Positions 55,585-64,000 of a stretch of 64,000 nucleotides of DNA are shown one piece after another. The position numbers were made by a program, and so were the translations under genes. Under the pieces are notes generated by a model. It searched no databases and was not told where the DNA came from. It was given only the letters and a program-made list of their open reading frames with translations. This DNA comes from Octopus vulgaris (lineage: Eukaryota): positions 161,820,001 through 161,884,000 of the forward strand of contig OX597817.1 of the NCBI GenBank assembly GCA_951406725.2, read 5' to 3'. Numbering within the stretch: the stretch's first letter is position 1; the number at the start of each line of letters is the position of its first letter.

Positions 55585-55964
55585 ACAAGAGTACTCAGAG
55601 AGCACAAGCTTCCGCTAAGGCAACACCAACGTCCTCTCAACGATTAGCCAGAGATGAATTTTAAAATGAGAATACCTGAAATAAACTCGACTGCTCTCAC
55701 AAAAGAGAATACTAAAAATGAACCCCATCGCTCTCAAATATTAAGTAAAAAAAAAAACAGGAAAAATAATCCAGAATCCTTGTCCGGTACCGGATCGATC
55801 CCAAAATCTAATCAGTTCGTGCCAGTCACGAGGCCAAACATTCCTGAAAGTTTCATCCGAGTCCATCAAGCGGTTCTTGAGATATCTTGTCCACTGACAA
55901 ATAAACAAACAAACAAATGCGACTGAAAACAATACCTCCGCCATCGCTAAGTCGGAGGTAATAA
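55585..55964 (-). mobile_element. DINE-1/HINE-like non-autonomous Helentron
   Basis: Minus strand reads ttattacctccg...ggcggaggta (subTIR and inverted repeat), then (gttt)n and a core, and ends gcggaagcttgtgctctctgagtactcttgtt with a short hairpin. Confidence 0.78.
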
Positions 55965-56465
55965 AAGGCGACGTGTAGCCAGAAGAATTAAAATGGATTT
56001 GCAAGTCCTAATGACCCCTGGAAGCTACTACAAAGCCATACCAGAACTGTGTCAAGTTGAGTGTGCCGAGACAAAGGACACAGATTAGTGATACGTGGCA
56101 AAAAGCGTAACAGCCACATTTGTCATGCCTTCAAGAGGTAAAAAGAATAGGCAAAGGAACGGGAAAAGTAAAGAAATGGAGACAAGAACATGCCTTAATT
56201 TCCAGAACATCATCGGTCAAAACTCTGGGAATGGCAGTAGAAAATGCTTTATACTTAGCCCTAGGCACAATCCCGCAAACACTTCTTTTGCAAAATCTAG
56301 AACAAGTAGCACCACCCATCGTCGTTTGACAAAGAGGAAACAATGGATGCTAAGAAAAGTGCATAGAATATTGAAGAAAGTGGGAATCGTTAAGGAAAAA
56401 AAGAACAAAATGAAAAAAATTTTTTAAAAAGGAAACAAGAAATCTGCTAAAAACAACTGGGGGAA

Positions 56466-56851
56466 TGGAAGCACTCCGTCGGTTACGACGACGAGGGTTC
56501 CGGTTGATCCGAATCAACGGAACAGCCTGCTCGTGAAATTAACGTGTAAGTGGCTGAGCACTCCACAGACACGTGTACCCTTAACGTAGTTCTCGGGGAT
56601 TGTTCAGCGTAACACAGAGAGTGACAAGGCCGGCCCCTTGAAATACAGGTACAACAGAAACAGGAAGTAAGAGTGAGAGAAAGTTGTGGTGAAAGAGTAC
56701 AGCAGGGATCACCACCATCCCCTGCCGGAGCCGCGTGGAGCTTTAGGTGTTTTCGCTCAATATACACTCACAACGCCCGGTCTGGGAATCGAAACTGCGA
56801 TCCTATGACCGCGAGTCCGCTGCCCTAACCACTGGGCCATTGCGCCTCCAC
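56466..56851 (-). mobile_element. SINE family A
   Basis: Full-length reverse copy; imperfect TSD ctaaaaacaact/ctaaaaacagct. Confidence 0.92.
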
Positions 56852-57226
56852 TAAAAACAGCTAAAACGAGTGAGAAAGAACTTCTACAAAACAATCATGA
56901 TCCCCTCCTGTAAGATGAGGATGAAAAACTCAGTGAGATTCACTGTCCTTCTTAAATCAAATTGACAACTTAGAAATAAAATCAGACATCGTTGGTGCCA
57001 TGGCTTTTCCGATGAAGTAAAAATAACACAGGCGTAGTTAGGTTTGGAATACAAGCATCATGTAAAGATAGATTGTTTGCAAAAAGCGAACAAACATAAA
57101 CTGTGACACTATAACGGACTATAGTAGTCTTCTACGGAAGATGTTGGGTGTTTTTCAATTCCAATTTGCTCAAAGAATGTTAATCAGTGCTTTTGGATGC
57201 ACAAAATAACGATATGAGCTACAGCT

Positions 57227-57768
57227 GGCAGGCAGGCAGGCGGACAGGCAGGCAGGCAGGCGGACAGGCAGGCAGGCGGGCGGGCGATCAGGCGGGCGGG
57301 CGGAAGGCAGGCAGGCAGGCGGACAGGCAGGCAGGCAGGCGGATGGCCGGCAGGCAGGCGGACAGGCAGGCAGGCAGGCGGGCGGGCGATCAGGCGGGCG
57401 GGCAGGCTGGCGGGTAAGCAGGTAGGCGGACAGGCAGGCGAGGCAGGCAGGCAGGCGGACAGGCAGGCAGGCAGGCAGGCGGGCGGGCAGGCTGGCGGGT
57501 AAGCAGGTAGGCGGACAGGCAGGCAGGCAGGCAGACAGGCGGACAGGCAGGCAGGCAGGCAGGCGGGCGGGCAGGCAAGCGAGCAGGCGGGCGGGGGGCA
57601 GGCTGGCGGGTAAGCAGGTAGGCGGACAGGCAGGCGAGCAGGCAAGCAGGCGGACAGGCAGGCAGGCAGGCAGGGTGGCAGGCAGGCAGGCAGGCGGGCA
57701 GGCTGGCGGGTAGGCAGGTAGGCGAGCAGGCGAGCAGGCGGACAGGCAGGCAGGCGGGCAGGTGGACG
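57227..57768. repeat. GC-rich (GGCA/GGCG)n minisatellite
   Basis: Direct reading, with a recurring higher-order word ggctggcgggtaagcaggtaggcggaca. Confidence 0.92.
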
Positions 57769-57854
57769 TTCTGGTGGGTGGGCGTAGGATCCTGTAACTC
57801 GACTTGACCAGTAATCTTTCGTCTTTCATCTTTTTATCTTTTAAATAAAGAAAC

Positions 57855-58101
57855 ATATCTTTTACGTGCTTCAATCATTAGACTGCGGCCATGCTGGAGT
57901 ATCACATCGAAGGATTTCTTTCGAACAAATCGACACCAGAGTTTATTTTTAAAATCTGGTCCTTATTCTATCATAATTTTTTGCCGAACTGGTACATTAC
58001 GGAGACGTAAACAAAACAACACCGTTGTCGAATGGTGGAGTGAGTTGAAGACAGACACTAGCACACACACACATGCACTATACATACATAACTACGCACA
58101 C

Positions 58102-58179
<78 letters not shown>

Positions 58180-58378
58180 CATATTTAAACATACACATAC
58201 ATAAGACAGACTGCCACACAGTTTCCGTTTACCAAATTCACACACATTTCACAAGGCATTAATCGACCGGGGCTTTAGTGGAAGACACTTGCCCAAAAGT
58301 GCCGAGCAGCAGGACCGAACTCGAAACGACGAAGCTGCAAAGCGAGCTTCTTATCCACACAGCCAGGTTTGCGCCTAT
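57855..58378 (-). mobile_element. SINE family B, older copy with internal (CA)n
   Basis: Reverse homology to the B tail and head. Confidence 0.78.
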
Positions 58379-58411
58379 TATTTCCTTCAATTCTATTTTG
58401 CTTTGGATAGG

Positions 58412-58762
58412 GGAGTGAACTGGCAGAAACGTTAGCACGTTCTGCCGCTACGCTCTGAGTTCAAATTCCGCCGAGGTCGACTTTGCCTTTCATCCTTTCG
58501 GGGTCGATAAATTAAGTACCAGTTACGCACTGGGATCGATATAATCGACTTAATCCGTTTGTCTGTCTTTGTTTGTCCTCTCTGTGTTTAGCCCCTTGTG
58601 GGTAGTAAAGAAATAGGTTTTTCGTTTGCCGTTACGTTCTTCTGAGTTCAAATTCCGCTGAGGTCGACTTTACTTTTCATCCTTTCGGGGTCGATTAAAT
58701 AAGTACCAGTTACGCGCTGGAGTCGATATAATCGACTTAATCCGTGTGTCTGTCCTTGTTTT
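58412..58762 (+). mobile_element. SINE family C dimer, 3'-truncated
   Basis: Junction aaagaaata|gg at 58616. Confidence 0.85.
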
Positions 58763-58764
58763 TT

Positions 58765-59990
58765 TTTTTCTGATTTCTTTCACTTCCCTAACTGAAATGA
58801 CTAGTTCTGCCTGTTTTGGACAGACTACTGTTTGTTTCAGTTCTTGCAACCATTCAGCATCCTTCTTGTGCTCCTTGTCTTTGCTCCAAATGTCACTCTA
58901 AAACCTTTGACTTTCAATGTTATCAAATATCAACTTTTCATCTGTACACCCTCCATTTTTTCTTTATAGAATCTCTTCTGATCTACTCTGAATAACCTAT
59001 TCTGGTGGTAACTCTTCATTCTTTGGTCGTTTCTTACCATCTTTGCTTTCTTTGCAACGAGGCGCTGTTTCAATTCCTCCTCTACTACTTTCAGGCCCTT
59101 TCTTTCAATATTATACTTCCTTTTCTGCGCCCTGTATGTTTGTTCACTTTTAAGCTCCCCTTTCTCTTTTTGGTCTAACACAGAGATTTCCTTCGCGAGC
59201 ATGTCTAACCCTGACTGGATTCTTCTTTCCTATCATGGATCTTTTCTTTTGTCACTCCCATTGTGTTTCTTTTTCTTGACATCGACACATTTTCAGCTAC
59301 AAGAATACTTGCTGCCTTGATCAAATTATTTGTTTCTGTGATGTTGTTTGTTCTGATGTATTTCAGAATTTCATTGACATTATTCGTTTCTTGATTCAAT
59401 TTCCATCGATGAACCTTTTAAGGTTGCAAATAATGTCGCTATCGTTCTCCTGTAGTCTTACCTTTATTCTGTCGTAGATTGCCTTTTGTTCATCTGTCAT
59501 GTCGCTATTAGTTTTATTATCTTCTTTTAGATCATCTCTATGTCTCTCATCAAGTAAACTACCACTGCTCCTTTCCTGTGCTATAAGATTACTCTTATTA
59601 GTAAGAAGTGTATTTTCATTCTTATCTATGCTGCTATTGTCCTTGACCCATCTTTTGATAGCTTCGAGCTCTACCTCTGTGAACCAACAATTTTTTTCTT
59701 ATTGCTCTAGCTTGATCACATAGTCTCTGTTCCGTGAGTTGAAACAATCCCTTTTCTCTCCAATGATCATACATTGTCGGTAACCCCTAATTTGAGCACC
59801 ATTTTCATCTACCGGGTTGCTCAGATAGTAACACTCCATGACCACAACATTAATTTGTTTGCTCCATCTACGCCGTGTGTGGTGGTCCCTTTTTGGATAT
59901 CGACAGGCTGGAGCCGGACCAGAATCTCTGAGCCTACCGGGTGTAACACTGTCACCATCATTGGCTTCTATTATTGTTATTATTATTGAC
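58765..59990 (-). pseudogene. R4/Dong-clade retrotransposon 5' portion, degenerate
   Basis: Minus-strand peptides RRRWSKQINVVVMECYYLSNP...GYRQ, TEQRLCDQARAIR, FTEVELEAIKR, ITETNNLI, EELKQRLVAK and QNRLFRVDQKRFY; the 5' end abuts taa repeats. Confidence 0.8.
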
Positions 59991-60500
59991 TTACAATGAG
60001 TAACTTGGCGTCACCTCTTTGTCTTTGCACACGCTCAATTTTATCTCTGCTAAATACTGCAATATAAATGAATTTTTTTCTTTTTACATTCTTTTTTTTT
60101 TAAACTTTTTACTGAATTTTCTTATCGCCAATTCCGCTATAATTATACATCGCCTCATACATTACACATCGTGAGATACATAGCAAAATATCTCTCCTTT
60201 TCCAGCTCTGTGTGTGTGTGAGGTAAGGGAGGGTGATCATTTTATAATTTTGACATTGGATTATTTCTGCGAATTTTCTGAAGAATTTGATCAGCAGAAA
60301 ATTGTCCGGCGATTACGGCAGATGAAAGGTTGATAATTGCCGGCAGAAGACTTATTAATTAATAAGTATTCATTAGACCTATTGTTGTCTTCTTGGTTGA
60401 AGTTTGATGTAGATTAACCGTAGGCAATGAAGTCAGTGTTAAAAGACATGCTGCGACTCACTCAGCAAAGGAAGAAGACAACGGCTTCGTAGGTGCGTTC

Positions 60501-60546
<46 letters not shown>

Positions 60547-61089
60547 CTGTGTGTTTGTGTATGTTTATGACCCTATGTGTGTGTGTGTTTGTGTATTTGT
60601 GTATGTTTATGACCCTGTGTGTGTGTGTTTGTGCGCCCGCTCGCTTCACGTGTGGTGTGTATGTTTGGGCGTGTGTGCGTGTGTATATGAAGGATGTATG
60701 TCTACCTGAAGGTATATGTATGTCTATCATAGATGTGAATGTGTCTATTTGCAGGTTTGTGTGTGTGTGTGTGTGGACAGATGTGTGTATGTGAAGATAT
60801 GTGTATATGATAAATATGCGTGTGTGTGTGTCTCTGTCTGTCTGAAGGAATGTGCTTGTGTGTGTATGTATGATAGCTGTGTGTATGTTCATGATAGATG
60901 TATGAGTGTCTATCTGATGGGATGTGTGTGCGCATGTGCGTGTATGTGTGAGTGTGTGTGTGCGTGTTCATTGAGATTGTCCGTTTGTGTTGTGTGTTTC
61001 TATGCTTGGGAATGCGTATCGCTAAGGTGTGCTTAAGAATGTCCTTATTCGTACATTGTATCTGTAAAAACCGGATTCTTTACATATGT

Positions 61090-61465
61090 ATGCATAAATA
61101 TATGCATGTATGCATGTATGTATGTATGTATGTATGCATGTATGCATGTATGTATGTATGTATGCATGTATGTATGCGTGTGTGTATGTATGTATGTATG
61201 TATGTATGAGTGTGTGTGTATGCATGTATGCATGTATGTATGTATGTATGCATGTATGTATGCGTGTGTGTATGTATGTATGAGTGTGTGTGTATGTATG
61301 TATGTATGTATATATGTATGTATGTATGCATGTATGTATGCGTGTGTGTATGTATGTATGAGTGTGTGTGTATGTATGTATGTATATATGTATGTATGTA
61401 TGAGTGTATGTATGTGTGTGTATGTATGTATGTATGTATGTATGTATGTATGTATGTATGTATGC

Positions 61466-61496
<31 letters not shown>

Positions 61497-61715
61497 CATG
61501 TATGTATGTATGTATGTATGTATGTATGTATGTATGTGTGTGTGTGTATGTATGTATGTATGTTTGCATAAATGTATGTTTCTATACATCTGTGCATATG
61601 AGTGTGTATATATACATTTATGTATATATATCTGTATATATATATATCCGTGTATATATATATATATATATATACATATATATACATACATATATATGTA
61701 TATACATGTATGTAA

Positions 61716-61758
<43 letters not shown>

Positions 61759-61890
61759 TATATATGTGTTTGTATACATATAAATATATATCCACATTCA
61801 TATGTATACATACATATATATACACACACATACATAAATACATACATACATACATGCATACACACACACACACACACACACACTCACACA
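61090..61890. repeat. (TATG)n/(TA)n/(CA)n compound microsatellite
   Basis: Direct reading. Confidence 0.92.
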
Positions 61891-62077
61891 CTCACACATG
61901 CACATGCATACACTAAAAAGTTGATTGTGGCTTTGAAGTTTCGCCGACGAAAGCTATCAGACAATCAGAGGCAATATGGAAAAAAAATGTTTCTCACACG
62001 TATAAGCGCAAAGAAACCACACACACACATACACATACACACACGCACATATATAAATAGATGCTTGCGTGTGCGCA

Positions 62078-62472
<395 letters not shown>

Positions 62473-62749
62473 TTTCTTCGCTGGCCAATCTGATTTCATT
62501 TGTACATAATTACCAGAACGATGAATAACACCGCTAACGCCGAATGCAACAAGAACACTACGTGGTGAAAGCATGTTAACTTGACGTGCAGGGTTCAAAC
62601 TCAACCGTGGGAATAGCTTGGCGAGGACACCCAGATACCTACCTCAATACATTCACTCATTGATGACACTTCCTCAGTCATACTTGTATGAGATATCGGT
62701 GTATTTTGTCCAGAATTGAAATTAGTAAAAACCAATGACATTCCCAAGA

Positions 62750-62905
62750 TGTGTGGCTGTGTGGTAAAAAGGTTCCTTCTTAACCACATGGTTCCGGGTT
62801 CAGTTCCACTGTGTAGATCTTGAACAAGTGTCTTTTACTATAGCTTTGGGCCGACCAAAACCTTGTGAGCGGATTTGGTAGACGGAAACTGAAAAAAACC
62901 CCGTC

Positions 62906-62997
<92 letters not shown>

Positions 62998-63313
62998 GTG
63001 TGTGTGGCTTTGTTTTAGTGTACGTGCATGCCGTTATAGTGAAAAAAACTATAAGCGAGATTCGTGAGAGATAAATGATTTTACTTCTTCTGTGTGTGTG
63101 TGTGTGTGTGCAATTTTGTGTCTCCTACCACCGCTTGGCAGCTGGTGCTGATGTGTTTATATTCCCGTAAGCTGGTGGTTCGGTAAAAGCGATCGATAGA
63201 ATAAGCACTGGGCTAAAAAAAAGTATTGGGGTCGATTCATTCGACTAACATCCTGCAAAGCAGTGCTCCACCATGGCCGCAGTGTAATGACTGAGACAAG
63301 TAAAAGCTAAAAG
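62750..63313 (+). mobile_element. SINE family B with a foreign insert in its microsatellite
   Basis: Head 62750-62907, (TG)n, an ~83-bp insert, (TG)n, then the tail half. Confidence 0.82.
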
Positions 63314-63318
63314 ATAAT

Positions 63319-63483
63319 ATAGGTGTAGGAGTGGCTGTGTGGTAAGTAGCTTGCTTCCCAACCACATGGTCCTGGGTTCAATCCCACTGCGTGGTACCTT
63401 GGGCAAGTGTCTTCTACTATAGCCTCGGGCCGACCAAAGCCTTGTGAGTGGATTTGATAGACGGAAACTGAAAGAAGCCCATC

Positions 63484-63533
<50 letters not shown>

Positions 63534-63748
63534 AAGTGTCTGTTTTGTCTCCCCCCACCAACATCGCTTGACAACCGATGCTGGTCTGTTTACGTCCCCG
63601 TAACTTCGCGTTTCAGCAAAAGAGACCGAATGAATAAGTACCAGGCTTACGAAGAATAAGTCCTGGGATCGATTTGCTCGACTAAACGCGGTGCTCCAGC
63701 ATGGCCACAGTCACATGACTGAAACAAGTAAAAGAGTAAAAGAGAGTA
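63319..63748 (+). mobile_element. SINE family B
   Basis: Full copy directly behind the previous one. Confidence 0.9.
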
Positions 63749-64000
63749 TAGCATTAGTACTGCTGTTGTAGTTGATGTTGCTACTTCTTCTGATGTTGTT
63801 GTTGTTGTTGTTATTGCTGTCTAGATGCCCCACAACCCACCAGGTTTCATGAACGACATTCCGCCATAACCACCACGCCTCTTATTTTCACTCGGTACAG
63901 TACCCACGAGACCACAATCTTTTCGAAAACGTAGAGTATGATTTGAGGGAAGATTGCCTACTAATTTTGGCTAATCGAGTTAACCCACAGAGGCTTCAAC

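Noticed and set aside
57170-57874. PACL-repeat protein ORF
   Set aside because: Translation of the (GGCA)n minisatellite.
59860-59965. HDV-like ribozyme at the Dong 5' end
   Set aside because: Could not build the nested double pseudoknot by eye; needs a descriptor search.

Overview
AT-rich eukaryotic non-coding DNA (intergenic or a very large intron). It is most likely a coleoid cephalopod (Octopus-like), inferred from the tRNA-derived SINE families and the extreme microsatellite density. No intact host protein-coding gene is supported, and most long ORFs in the track are translated microsatellites. The window is a layered transposon landscape: three abundant modular SINE families (labelled A, B and C here), R4/Dong-type RLE retrotransposon fragments in (TAA)n arrays, an L1/Tx1 3' end, four Tc1/mariner fossils, hAT and other MITEs, non-autonomous Helitrons and a DINE-1-like Helentron derivative. 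The most notable signals are: (i) a dispersed family of minimal type-I hammerhead-ribozyme motifs in (TA)n-flanked Penelope-like termini, best copy 24841-24877; (ii) SINE-C dimers and trimers with a recurrent junction, two of them enclosed by a single TSD; (iii) a (TTA)n hotspot where SINE tails appear to create the target for Dong-type elements; (iv) an ~83-bp segment copied between (GT)n tracts 14 kb apart; (v) a Helitron 3' end flanked by a 74-bp duplication; (vi) a G:U-rich, strand-specific hairpin in a SINE-poor domain. Coordinates were read by eye and may be off by a few bases.
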